64,000 bases of DNA, taken from sequence record DRR378314_1079, one strand, 5' to 3'. Below are positions 48,425 to 57,684 of this stretch, one piece after another (the first letter of the stretch is position 1; each line of letters opens with the position of its first letter). The notes below the pieces were generated by a model, which did no database searches, was not told the origin of the DNA, and saw only the letters and a program-made list of their open reading frames with translations. Both the position numbers and the translations under genes were made by a program.

Positions 48425-48542
48425 GCCGCACGCTCTCACTGCTGGTTTGCGAGGCTGAGGACCACCCGAACTGGTCGAGAACGACCGGGGCGGCAAAGGC
48501 GATCACCAGGGCCGCGACAAACGCTGAAATCATAACCTTCAC
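48417..48542 (-). CDS. 41-aa single-TM small protein of the fdh operon
   Basis: MKVMISAFVAALVIAFAAPVVLDQFGWSSASQTSSESVRLD; GTG overlaps the TGA of the gamma subunit; RBS GGGAGG. Confidence 0.65.
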   Translation of the reverse strand: MKVMISAFVAALVIAFAAPVVLDQFGWSSASQTSSESVRLD

Positions 48543-49711
48543 GATGATCCTCCCTTGCCCTGTTTGGCTTCGACCTCGGCCACCCACAGATCGTGGTGCT
48601 GGCGGGCCCACTCCACATCCACCTGGCCACTGCCCATGGCATCGAACGCACCTTCCATACCGACCGAACCGATATAGATGTGGGCAATGATGGCCAGCAT
48701 CATCACGAACGCGACAATCGAGTGCCATAGGTTGGCGTACTGCATCTCTTCGTGGGGCGCCAGGTCAGTTGGGAAGCTGGTTCCCAGAACGCTGTTCATG
48801 ATGCCGAAGGTATCGGCAAACATGGGCACCTGAAACGGGAACAGCAGCGACAGCCCCGAAAGAGACACAGAAACGCCCAGAATCATCACGGTCCAGAAAA
48901 TAACCTTCTGGCCAGCGTTGAACTTCTTCGCCGACGGATGGCTTTTGGTAAAGATGCCTCCGCCGGCCTTGAGCCATTGCCAGTCCAGCTTATCGGGAAT
49001 GTTGTGGGCCACCCACATGACAAACGTCATCACCAGACCCAGCATGAAGGCCCAGGCCACGTTATTGTGGATCCACTTCGAGCCGGCAGCGAGGGGTGCA
49101 AAGGCGTCTGGCCCTATGATCGGTATCAGGAAACTTCGCCCCATCAGGGTGATCAGCCCTGTCAGGCCCAATGCGATAAACGAGCCTGCCAGCAGCCAAT
49201 GGCCAAACCGTTCAACGGCTTTGAACCGTTCAATCGTGGTGCCAGCAGCACCGCCATCAATTTTTATTTTGCCGCGGACAAAGTAGAAAATGATCAACAG
49301 CAGGATAATGCCCAACAGGGCGCCACCGCCGTAATTGATAACGGGCCCCTCCCTCAGTTGATACCAGCGAACGCCGCCGTCCTGGATGAGAACATCGGCG
49401 GCCGGGTTGCGAACCTGGGTTTTGATGTCGATGTCGTCGTAGCGAATGCCTCGCCAGGCGTCAGCGTCGGAGCGCCCACCACGGGTGCCCAGAGGCTCAC
49501 TGACCGGCGCCGCATTGGCGGGATCCCCTGTTTCTTTCGAGCGGGATTCCCCGTCAGCTTTCAGCTTCGCCTGGCGGGCCATGATGTCTTCGAGGGTTTG
49601 GCCGCCTCCGGTCGACATCTGGTCAGACTCGGGAACGTCCTGAGCCCACACAGGATTGAAGAGTAGTGTCGCCAGTACAACGATGGCGGCACCGAATGTT
49701 TTACCGTTCAT
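48539..49711 (-). CDS. fdhC: Formate dehydrogenase gamma subunit (cytochrome b) with N-terminal periplasmic extension
   Basis: Signal peptide, ERFGHW, WIHN, KFNAGQK, AHIYIG...M.SG.V...WA..HH. Confidence 0.92.
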   Translation of the reverse strand: MNGKTFGAAIVVLATLLFNPVWAQDVPESDQMSTGGGQTLEDIMARQAKLKADGESRSKETGDPANAAPVSEPLGTRGGRSDADAWRGIRYDDIDIKTQVRNPAADVLIQDGGVRWYQLREGPVINYGGGALLGIILLLIIFYFVRGKIKIDGGAAGTTIERFKAVERFGHWLLAGSFIALGLTGLITLMGRSFLIPIIGPDAFAPLAAGSKWIHNNVAWAFMLGLVMTFVMWVAHNIPDKLDWQWLKAGGGIFTKSHPSAKKFNAGQKVIFWTVMILGVSVSLSGLSLLFPFQVPMFADTFGIMNSVLGTSFPTDLAPHEEMQYANLWHSIVAFVMMLAIIAHIYIGSVGMEGAFDAMGSGQVDVEWARQHHDLWVAEVEAKQGKGGSS

Positions 49712-49759
49712 GAGAGCACTCCAGCGGAATGAACAAAAAGAATCCGTTGCCTCAATGAA

Positions 49760-49783
49760 TTCCGGGGCACCAAGGCCCCGGAA
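49760..49783. other. Intercistronic stem-loop between fdh beta and gamma genes
   Basis: TTCCGGGGC-accaag-GCCCCGGAA. Confidence 0.55.
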
Positions 49784-49796
49784 ATATCAAGTGGGC

Positions 49797-50405
49797 TTAA
49801 GCGCCCTTCTTCTCGTAAGCAGTGCCCCATCCCCAGGCGCCCGAACCGAAACCACGGTTCACCACGCGCTGGCGATAGATGTCCGCCACCTCGTTGCCAT
49901 CACCGGCCAACAGGGCTTTGGTCGAGCACATTTCCGCACAGATCGGCAGCTTGCCCTCTGCAATACGGTTACGCCCGTACTTGGAGAACTCGACCGTAGA
50001 GTTGTCCTCTTCAGGGCCCCCGGCACAGAAGGTGCATTTGTCCATCTTGCCCCGGCTGCCAAAGTTGCCCGCTTGCGGGAACTGGGGTGCACCGAAGGGG
50101 CAGGCGTAGAAACAATAGCCACAACCGATGCACAGATCCTTGGAGTGCAGCACCACGCCGTCTTCGGTCTGGTAGAAGCAATCCACGGGGCAGACGGCCA
50201 TACAGGGCGCGTCTGAGCAGTGCATGCAGGCTACCGAGATCGAACGTTCTCCGGGCTTGCCATCCTCGATGGTGACCACCCGGCGACGGTTGATGCCCCA
50301 GGGAACTTCATGCTCATTCTTGCAGGCCGTTACGCAGGCATTACATTCGATGCAGCGTTCGGCATCGCAAAGGAATTTTGCTCGTGCTTGTCCTTCAATA
50401 GCCAT
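49797..50405 (-). CDS. fdhB: Formate dehydrogenase beta (4x[4Fe-4S]) subunit
   Basis: CIECNACVTAC, CMHCSDAPC...CP, CIGCGYC..ACP, KCTFC...CAEMC. Confidence 0.95.
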   Translation of the reverse strand: MAIEGQARAKFLCDAERCIECNACVTACKNEHEVPWGINRRRVVTIEDGKPGERSISVACMHCSDAPCMAVCPVDCFYQTEDGVVLHSKDLCIGCGYCFYACPFGAPQFPQAGNFGSRGKMDKCTFCAGGPEEDNSTVEFSKYGRNRIAEGKLPICAEMCSTKALLAGDGNEVADIYRQRVVNRGFGSGAWGWGTAYEKKGA

Positions 50406-50420
50406 GATCTACACCTCTTG

Positions 50421-53306
50421 TTATGCCGGCATAATCGAACACAGGGTGCACTTGGTCTCTTGCATCTGCGTGACCGAGTCGTACCCGTATGTTTGAACAA
50501 CGTTAGTGGATTCACCCAATACGTAGGGGTCGGAGCCTTTCGGATACTTGTCCCTCAGATCCTTGCCCTCCAGGTGTCCGCCGAAGTGGAACGGCATGAA
50601 GGCGACGCCTTCGCCGACCCGTTCGGTCACCATGGCCTTGACTTTAATGCGTGCCCCCTCCGGGCCAGATACCCAGACGTCGTTACCGTCCCTTATGTTC
50701 ATGTTGTTCGCGTCACGCGGATTCACCTCGATGAACATGTCCTGCTGCAGTTCCGCGAGCCAGGGGTTGGACCGGGTCTCGTCACCACCACCCTCATACT
50801 CGACCAGACGGCCAGAGGTCAGAATGATGGGGAAGTCCTTGCTGAAGTCCTTCTTCTGAATGGACTCATACAGGGTTGGTACCCGCCAGAAGGTCTTGTC
50901 CTCGTAGGTCGGGTAGTCTTCCACCAGATCGCGGCGGTTGGTGTAGAGCGGTTCGCGGTGCAGCGGCACGGGGTCCGGGAAGTTCCAGACGATGGCGCGG
51001 GCCTTGGCATTACCAAAGGGTGCGCACTCGTGTTTGATCGCCACACGCTGGATACCGCCAGACAGATCGGTCTTCCAGTTGGTCTCGGCGCCTGCAACCG
51101 CATCAATGCTGGCACGCTCTTCCGCCGTCAGGTCGCCATCCCAACCCAGGTCCATCAGCATCTGCATAGTGAACTCCGGATACCCGTCCTTGATCTCGGA
51201 GTTTTTCGAGTAGACGCCATCAGCCAGCAGGTTCACACCATCACGTTCGACACCAAACCGGGCGCGGAAGGTGAGGCCGCCCTTGGACACTGGCAACGAC
51301 ATGTCGTACAGGTTCGGCGTTCCCGGATGGTTCATTTCGGGGGTGCCCCAGGAAGGCCACGGCAGACCGTAGATGTCACCATCACAGGGACCGCCCACCG
51401 CACGGAGGGTGGTCTTGTCGAAGTGGTGTTGGTTCGCCATGTGTTTTTTGAGACGCTCGGGTGACTGCCCGGTATAGCCGATGGTCCACATACCGCGGTT
51501 GAATTCGCGGGTGATGTCTTCAATCGACGGTTCGTCTCCCTCGATCGCAATATTGCGGAACATGCGGTCGGTGAAACCGAACTTGTCCGCAAACAGCTTC
51601 ATGATTTCGTGATCGACCTTCGAGTCAAACAGGGGGCTGAACACCTTTTCACGCCATTGCAGCGACCGGTTGGACGCGGTGACCGAGCCCGAGGTTTCGA
51701 ACTGCGTGGTCGCAGGCAACAGGTAAGCGCCGTCCTTGCGGTCGTGCAGCACCGCTGACACGGTAGGGAAGGGGTCCACGACGACCAGCAGGTCGAGTTT
51801 TTCCATGGCCTCCTTCATTTCCAGCATCCGGGTCTGCGAGTTGGGCGCGTGGCCCCAGAGCACCATGGCCCGGGTGTTGTCGGGCTGTTCCAGGTTTTCC
51901 TTGGCTTCCAGAACGCCGTCGATCCAGCGCGACACTGGAATGCCCTTCTCATTCATCATTGCGCGGGACTTGCCATCCTTGTCCCAGGTCGCAAAGCGCC
52001 CCTTCAGCCAGTCCAGGTCTTCTTCCCAGACGCGGGCCCAGTGAGCCCAGGAGCCAGCAGCCAGGCCGTAGTAACCGGGCAGGGTGTCAGCCAGCACACC
52101 CAGGTCCGTGGCGCCCTGAACGTTGTCGTGTCCGCGGAAGATGTTGGTGCCGCCACCGGCAACGCCCATGTTGCCCAGTGCCAATTGAAGCACGCAGTAG
52201 GCACGCGTGTTATTGTTCCCGTTGGTGTGCTGGGTACCCCCCATGCACCAGATGACCGTGCCAGGGCGGTTGTTCGCGAGGGTGCGAGCGACCCGCTCAA
52301 GTTGTGCTCCAGGAGCACCGGTGACACGCTCGACTTCTTCCGGATTCCAGCGCTTCACTTCCTCACGGATATCGTCCATACCGTAGACACGGGTACGGAT
52401 AAACTCCTTGTCTTCCCAGCCGTTCTCGAAGATGTGCCAGAGAATGCCCCAGACCAGCGCCACATCGGAACCCGGACGGAATCGAACGTATTCGTCCGCG
52501 TGGGCGGCGGTGCGGGTGAAACGCGGGTCGCAAACGATCAGCGGCGCGTTGTTCTCTTCCTTGGCCTTCAGGATGTGCAACAACGATACCGGGTGCGCTT
52601 CCGCGGGGTTGCCGCCGATCAGAAAGATTGCCTGTGACTTGTGGATGTCGTTGTACGAATTGGTCATCGCACCGTAGCCCCAGGTATTGGCTACGCCAGC
52701 GACCGTTGTGGAGTGACAGATACGGGCCTGGTGGTCGACGTTGTTGGTACCCCAGTAGGCCGCGAATTTACGAAAGAGGTAGGACTGTTCGTTGTTGAAC
52801 TTCGCGCTGCCCAGCCAGTAGACCGAGTCCGGCCCGCTCTCGTCGCGGATTTGCAACATCTTGTCGCCGATCTCGTTGATGGCCTGGTCCCAGGGAATTT
52901 TCTGCCACTGGCCGTTGACCATTTTCATCGGGTACTTGAGACGGCGTTCGCCGTGAGCGTGTTCACGCACCGAGGCGCCTTTGGCACAGTGCGCGCCAAG
53001 GTTGAAGGGGCTGTCCCAGCCGGGCTCCTGCCCGATCCAGGTGCCATTCTGCACTTCAGCCTCGACCGTGCAGCCAACCGAACAGTGGGTACACACGGAC
53101 TTCTTGCGAACCACGTTGCCACCCTCCGTCGATGGGGTAGCGGCCTCAACGCGGCCGGAAGTCAGCGACAGAGCTGCCAGGCCACCGACTGTGACACCGG
53201 AAGCGGCCAGAAAACCACGACGGTCCATGGTCTTCGCAGCGAGGGATGAAAGTAAAGAACCAGCACGGGGGCCTTTCGCTACCCCGTTGGTTTTCTTTCT
53301 TAACAT
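50421..53306 (-). CDS. fdhA: Formate dehydrogenase alpha subunit (Mo/W-bisPGD, Cys ligand, Tat-exported)
   Basis: Tat motif DRRGFL, CTHCSVGC...CAKG, DHQARICH, RGHDNVQG, NPAEAHP. Confidence 0.95.
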   Translation of the reverse strand: MLRKKTNGVAKGPRAGSLLSSLAAKTMDRRGFLAASGVTVGGLAALSLTSGRVEAATPSTEGGNVVRKKSVCTHCSVGCTVEAEVQNGTWIGQEPGWDSPFNLGAHCAKGASVREHAHGERRLKYPMKMVNGQWQKIPWDQAINEIGDKMLQIRDESGPDSVYWLGSAKFNNEQSYLFRKFAAYWGTNNVDHQARICHSTTVAGVANTWGYGAMTNSYNDIHKSQAIFLIGGNPAEAHPVSLLHILKAKEENNAPLIVCDPRFTRTAAHADEYVRFRPGSDVALVWGILWHIFENGWEDKEFIRTRVYGMDDIREEVKRWNPEEVERVTGAPGAQLERVARTLANNRPGTVIWCMGGTQHTNGNNNTRAYCVLQLALGNMGVAGGGTNIFRGHDNVQGATDLGVLADTLPGYYGLAAGSWAHWARVWEEDLDWLKGRFATWDKDGKSRAMMNEKGIPVSRWIDGVLEAKENLEQPDNTRAMVLWGHAPNSQTRMLEMKEAMEKLDLLVVVDPFPTVSAVLHDRKDGAYLLPATTQFETSGSVTASNRSLQWREKVFSPLFDSKVDHEIMKLFADKFGFTDRMFRNIAIEGDEPSIEDITREFNRGMWTIGYTGQSPERLKKHMANQHHFDKTTLRAVGGPCDGDIYGLPWPSWGTPEMNHPGTPNLYDMSLPVSKGGLTFRARFGVERDGVNLLADGVYSKNSEIKDGYPEFTMQMLMDLGWDGDLTAEERASIDAVAGAETNWKTDLSGGIQRVAIKHECAPFGNAKARAIVWNFPDPVPLHREPLYTNRRDLVEDYPTYEDKTFWRVPTLYESIQKKDFSKDFPIILTSGRLVEYEGGGDETRSNPWLAELQQDMFIEVNPRDANNMNIRDGNDVWVSGPEGARIKVKAMVTERVGEGVAFMPFHFGGHLEGKDLRDKYPKGSDPYVLGESTNVVQTYGYDSVTQMQETKCTLCSIMPA

Positions 53307-53395
53307 GTCAATTACCTCTCTCTCTTTTTATTCTCGTTTTACGGGAGGTGTGGTCATTCAAGAGCCTTTCGCAACCTTGAATGACGCACGCTTCC

Positions 53396-53584
53396 TTAAA
53401 AGCGAGCCGATTCGAAGTACTTACGTGTGTGTTCAGTGTCACGCAGGCCGCGGCTTTTGGGGGCGTCTTTCACCACCTCGGCTGCGGCGTTGGGTGAGAC
53501 TGCCAGCGCAACGGCCGCCGGAGCTGCAGCTGCTGCCACCTTCAGGAAACGGCGGCGGCTGTTTTCACGTTTCGGGTTGTCCAT
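53396..53584 (-). CDS. Small twin-arginine-signal protein of the fdh cluster
   Basis: SRRRFLK, hydrophobic stretch, C-terminal TEHTRKYFESARF; RBS GGAGG. Confidence 0.8.
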   Translation of the reverse strand: MDNPKRENSRRRFLKVAAAAAPAAVALAVSPNAAAEVVKDAPKSRGLRDTEHTRKYFESARF

Positions 53585-53625
53585 CGGACACCTCCACCTG
53601 AGTTAAGGGACCTGGCCGGTCCCAG

Positions 53626-54237
53626 TTATTGAATCGCAAACGCATCCGATTCCACGGCCATGAAAGCCCGCCCAAGCGAGCCCACGGGCGCGTAGAAGAC
53701 CGAGTTTTGCGCTTCTTCCAAATCGGTAAAAAACAACGCCGCCCACTTCACCAGGTGCGCGTCGAAAAAGGCTTTCTGGGAAGGCAGGTCGCTATCGCAC
53801 GGAAACTCGCCCGCGATGACGCCGGCCATGATTTCACACAGCGTGCCCATATGATCTTCAGGCTCTTTAACGCTGTCTCTGGTCTTGATGCCCCTGGCCA
53901 TCAGGTCGCTGCGCAGATTCGCAAGGGGTTTCTCGTTCAGGAAGCCAGTGAGGTAATAACTGGCGTAGGGCAGAAGCTCACCACGACCAATGCCAACAAA
54001 GAGGTTGTTGAACTCGCGCTCGGCAGCCTCTGGCGCGGTGCGTTGTGCAAGGGCGGCAAGATTTCTGGTGGCGGTGCCGATGGGGGTATCATCACCCTGC
54101 AAGGTGGCCAACCCTCGGAGCAAATCGTTCGAGGGCTGGCTGCCCAGCAGGCCAGCCAGCAACTGATACATCTGGGCGCGCGCGCGATCTTCGTCGCTGA
54201 TCGAGCGAGGGCACTGAACTTCTGCAGTGTTGACCAA
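53626..54237 (-). CDS. TorD/DmsD-family maturation chaperone
   Basis: LF.G.GRGELLPYASYY, EPEDH, FF..HL..W. Confidence 0.9.
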   Translation of the reverse strand: MVNTAEVQCPRSISDEDRARAQMYQLLAGLLGSQPSNDLLRGLATLQGDDTPIGTATRNLAALAQRTAPEAAEREFNNLFVGIGRGELLPYASYYLTGFLNEKPLANLRSDLMARGIKTRDSVKEPEDHMGTLCEIMAGVIAGEFPCDSDLPSQKAFFDAHLVKWAALFFTDLEEAQNSVFYAPVGSLGRAFMAVESDAFAIQ

Positions 54238-54314
54238 GTCGTCTCTCTCTCAGTTTATTGTTGTGTAATTTTTAATCACCGATCCACTGTTTATAGCTCC
54301 GATTCGTGTCGGGC

Positions 54315-54329
54315 GCAACTACAGTTCCA
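54315..54329 (-). promoter_or_regulatory. Putative sigma-54 promoter for the torD-fdh operon
   Basis: Minus strand TGGAAC-TGTAG-TTGC versus consensus TGGCAC-N5-TTGC. Confidence 0.6.
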
Positions 54330-54334
54330 CACAC

Positions 54335-54967
54335 TCACGAACCGTCAAAACGCATCCGCGGGCGGTAGCGCGGTGCCGGTTCCTCCTCGGTTTCGGTAAC
54401 CACAGGTTGCGTATGGCGGGAGGTATCGGGTGAGGCGGCAGCGATGTCGGGTTCGGGGTCTCCGACAGCTTCACGGGGCTCCGGAAGTGCGGTCGTTGTC
54501 GGGGTGTCAGTCGGCAGCGTGGTGGGCTCCCCGGCCGTGTTGTCCTCCATCGCCTCATCCACCTTTTTGGTGCGATCGATCATGCCCTGGCCCACCTTGT
54601 ACAAGGTCTTCACAGCGCCGGTTGCGGTGGCCGCGTCCGTGAAATCTTCATCGTAGTCATTCAGGCCGTCCAGCACGGCCAGCACAGGATTGGATTTCCA
54701 AAGCGATCTCAGGGCCCTGCGTCGCAGCAGTTCGGGAATTTCTTTTCGCAGAAACCCGGTGATATCGGTGCCCAGCTCGATGTTATCGGGGTCGGGCAGG
54801 CCGTACTTCTCCAATACCTCGTGCTCGGGCAGGGTCTCGTTGGTGGCAAGTTCCTGCTCCTCGGGTGAAGGACCGGACTCTGTTGGAGGGGGCGAGGCTG
54901 GTTCAGTTTTTCTGCCGGTTTCCGCTTTCTTGCGTGACCAGCGCTGCAGGCGTGATTCGGCCATCAC
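54335..54967 (-). CDS. DUF3306-family protein
   Basis: RWSRKK, LPDP, D.TGFL....PE.LRRRALR.LW, DGLNDYDEDFT. Confidence 0.82.
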   Translation of the reverse strand: MMAESRLQRWSRKKAETGRKTEPASPPPTESGPSPEEQELATNETLPEHEVLEKYGLPDPDNIELGTDITGFLRKEIPELLRRRALRSLWKSNPVLAVLDGLNDYDEDFTDAATATGAVKTLYKVGQGMIDRTKKVDEAMEDNTAGEPTTLPTDTPTTTALPEPREAVGDPEPDIAAASPDTSRHTQPVVTETEEEPAPRYRPRMRFDGS

Positions 54968-55542
54968 TGGATCCTCGGCTTCTTGATGTTGGCGGGTGCG
55001 CGAAAGACGTCACTCTCCTGCCGGATCCGCGGATCGCCCTTGGCGTCTTCGACTCCGTCCACACGGATCTCGTCACGACGCCGTTTCTTGAAAGGTTCTT
55101 CGATATAGTGCATATCGATAAACTCTTTGATCCAGGCCGCCAGGGACTCGGGGATAGGCACCGGCTCGACAATACTTTCGCCACTGTCCAGGGCATCCAG
55201 CGCATCGTGGGCACTGGCGGTAATGGTGCTGACAACCCACCCGGACGGGGACTGACGCTTCACGTCCCGATCCATGACGACCCAAATGGAAGGAACGTTC
55301 ATGTTCAGGGACACGAGGTAGCCCTCAACATCGGCGCGAAATAAAGACATTGTGACGGTGCCCGCGTGGTAATCGACCACCTCGCCCTCGCGCACAAGCT
55401 CTTTCCAGAAGGCGTCCGGCGCCCCTGGAATCACCGCGACTGGCTTCCAGATATCCTTCGCCCAGCGGGTCACACCCGGTGAACGGCGAACGACGGCACC
55501 CACCTGTAATTCTCGTTTCCAGTTATCGGTACGGCTGCTCAT
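54964..55542 (-). CDS. DUF3305-family protein
   Basis: RWA...WKPVAV, L.R.DVEGY..L, VEPVP.P, F...HY.EEPFKKRRR; start ATG 55542. Confidence 0.82.
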   Translation of the reverse strand: MSSRTDNWKRELQVGAVVRRSPGVTRWAKDIWKPVAVIPGAPDAFWKELVREGEVVDYHAGTVTMSLFRADVEGYLVSLNMNVPSIWVVMDRDVKRQSPSGWVVSTITASAHDALDALDSGESIVEPVPIPESLAAWIKEFIDMHYIEEPFKKRRRDEIRVDGVEDAKGDPRIRQESDVFRAPANIKKPRIQ

Positions 55543-55581
55543 GGCATTTCTCTTTTTGTTATAGATTAAAGCTAGCAGGGC

Positions 55582-55596
55582 GCAAACAATTATCCA
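55582..55596 (-). promoter_or_regulatory. Possible sigma-54 promoter for DUF3305-DUF3306
   Basis: Minus strand TGGATA-ATTGT-TTGC; GG-N10-GC spacing is preserved. Confidence 0.45.
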
Positions 55597-55684
55597 ATTG
55601 TTCAAAGGTCGATCGCTGTGGCATGCTCGAATGACAGACTTGTAACGTATACGTATAACAACAACGAAAAGAGTCAAAATCCTG

Positions 55685-57664
55685 ATGACGGCACACAAGA
55701 CCCTACTGTTATGTACCTGCGATAAAACGCAGTCTTTCGATCCAGGGGCGCTGCAGAAGGCCGCGGCCGCTGAGCAAGTGGTTGCGGTGGATCAACTGTG
55801 TGGCAAGGACCTGAAAACCGCTGCGGAGCACCTGGGCGCCGGTAACGATGTGCTGATCGCCTGTGGCCAGCAAGCCGCCTTGTTCGAGCGCCTGGGTGAG
55901 GATCTGTACGCTGAGACTCAGCACGCCGCGGCATTCAGCACCCTCGACATCCGGGATCGCGCCGGCTGGAGTGCGCCCGGTGCCAGGCCAGAGCGTTTAC
56001 GCGCCAAGCAGGCGGCCCTGGTTGCTGCCGCCCAGCTGCCCGCGCCCATGGCGCCCGCCAAAACCATTCAGTCCAACGGTGTCTGTTGCATTGTCGGCCC
56101 CACCGAGCAGGCCATCAGGATGGCGGAGCTGGTGCAGGACGAACTGGGCGTCACCTGCATCGTTAATGATGCCGGCCCGATTCAGCTTCCTTCCGCCGCC
56201 TACGACGTGGCCAGAGGCCAATTGACCGCAGCCTCCGGTGCGTTGGGCAATTTCCGGATGGAGTTTACTCAGTTGCAGGCTCTGAATCCCGCTGGTCGTG
56301 GAGCGCTGGGTTACGGAGAGGTGCAGGCCACCGCCCGCAGCGAGTGCGATGTATTTATCGACCTGCGCGGTGGCGCGCCAGCCTTTCCAAGTCATCAGAA
56401 ACGTAACGGTTATTTCTGGGCCGATCCGGCCAAAACCGGGGAGCTGGAACGTATTGCCCTGACGGCGCGGGAACGGGTGGGTGAATTCGAAAAAACCGTG
56501 TACTTCAAGCTGGAAGAATCTCTGTGTGCACATTCACGGGCCAACAAGCCCGGTTGTACCCGCTGCCTGGATGTCTGTCCTACCGAGGCGATTTTCTCGT
56601 TCGGGGACCACATCCAGATCGACTCCGATATCTGCGCCGGCTGCGGTTCCTGTGCGGCGGTTTGTCCGACGTCAGCGGTGACCATGAACGAGACCCCGTT
56701 CGAGCCGCTGGTTAAAGCCATGGATGTGATGGCCAGAGTTTATCGCGAGCATACCAGCGAGGCTCCGCGTCTTGCGTTCCATACCCTGAAAACGGGCGGT
56801 GAGGCCATTGTCTATCTCGCCCGATATGACGATGGGCTGGCGGACGATCTGATCCCGCTTGGGTTGGAGCATGTAGACAGGATTGGCCATGCCGAAATCA
56901 TGGCGGCCTTCGGGGCAGGCTACGCCGAAGTCCTGATCCTCGCGGACAATGACATTGACCGCCGGGCGGTTGCTGCGGAAGTTGAACTGGCCCAGGCCAT
57001 GCTGAAAGGCACCCACAATGCGCCTGGCCGGGTCCGTGTCATATCAGCGGCCGAGCTCTGTGCCGCTGGCGACAATGCCGGGCGGGTGAGTGAACCGGTG
57101 TTGCTGGTCGGCGGCCGTCGTGACATTACGCAGGTCGCCGCCAGTGCGATGGCGGACAAGATCGAGGAACCGATCCCGTTGCCCGCAGGCGCGCCCTATG
57201 GAGCGATCGAGATCGATTCCGATAAATGCACACTCTGCCTGGCCTGTGTGTCATTGTGCCCCACCGGCGCTCTTGGCGACCACCCGGACCGGCCGGAGGT
57301 TCAGTTTACGGAAAACGCCTGTGTCCAGTGCGGCATTTGTGAAAGTACCTGCCCCGAGACGGCGATTGTCCTGAAACCGCAACTGGATCTGTCCAAGGGT
57401 GCGCTGAGTGCCCGGGCATTGCACGGCGAGGATCCTTTCGAATGCATCAAGTGTGGAAAACCCTTCGGTGTTGCCAGCACCATCAACCGGATTGTTGAAA
57501 AACTGGAGAACCAGCACTGGATGTACAAGAACGCGGATAACGTCCAGCTCATCAAGATGTGTGACGACTGTCGAGTCAAATCCCAGTTCCACGGTGAAAG
57601 CGCGCCCATGGCGGGGGGAGAGCGCCCCAGGGTCCGCACCAGAGACGACTACCTCGATAGTTAA
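55685..57664 (+). CDS. Large multi-[4Fe-4S] ferredoxin-like protein associated with fdh clusters
   Basis: CAHSR...CTRCLDVCP, CAGCGSCAAVCP, CTLCLACVSLCP, CVQCGICESTCP, CIKCGKPF, MCDDC. Confidence 0.9.
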   Translation: MTAHKTLLLCTCDKTQSFDPGALQKAAAAEQVVAVDQLCGKDLKTAAEHLGAGNDVLIACGQQAALFERLGEDLYAETQHAAAFSTLDIRDRAGWSAPGARPERLRAKQAALVAAAQLPAPMAPAKTIQSNGVCCIVGPTEQAIRMAELVQDELGVTCIVNDAGPIQLPSAAYDVARGQLTAASGALGNFRMEFTQLQALNPAGRGALGYGEVQATARSECDVFIDLRGGAPAFPSHQKRNGYFWADPAKTGELERIALTARERVGEFEKTVYFKLEESLCAHSRANKPGCTRCLDVCPTEAIFSFGDHIQIDSDICAGCGSCAAVCPTSAVTMNETPFEPLVKAMDVMARVYREHTSEAPRLAFHTLKTGGEAIVYLARYDDGLADDLIPLGLEHVDRIGHAEIMAAFGAGYAEVLILADNDIDRRAVAAEVELAQAMLKGTHNAPGRVRVISAAELCAAGDNAGRVSEPVLLVGGRRDITQVAASAMADKIEEPIPLPAGAPYGAIEIDSDKCTLCLACVSLCPTGALGDHPDRPEVQFTENACVQCGICESTCPETAIVLKPQLDLSKGALSARALHGEDPFECIKCGKPFGVASTINRIVEKLENQHWMYKNADNVQLIKMCDDCRVKSQFHGESAPMAGGERPRVRTRDDYLDS

Positions 57665-57684
57665 AACAAAAAACAGGACGCACC

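Noticed and set aside
50220-51464. 414-aa ORF on the + strand
   Set aside because: Antisense shadow of the fdh alpha and beta genes.
50421-53306. Selenocysteine/SECIS recoding in FDH alpha
   Set aside because: The frame is uninterrupted and the active-site residue is Cys (ARICH).
55619-55636. TGGCAT on the + strand as a sigma-54 promoter for the Fe-S gene
   Set aside because: No GC dinucleotide at the required GG-N10-GC spacing.
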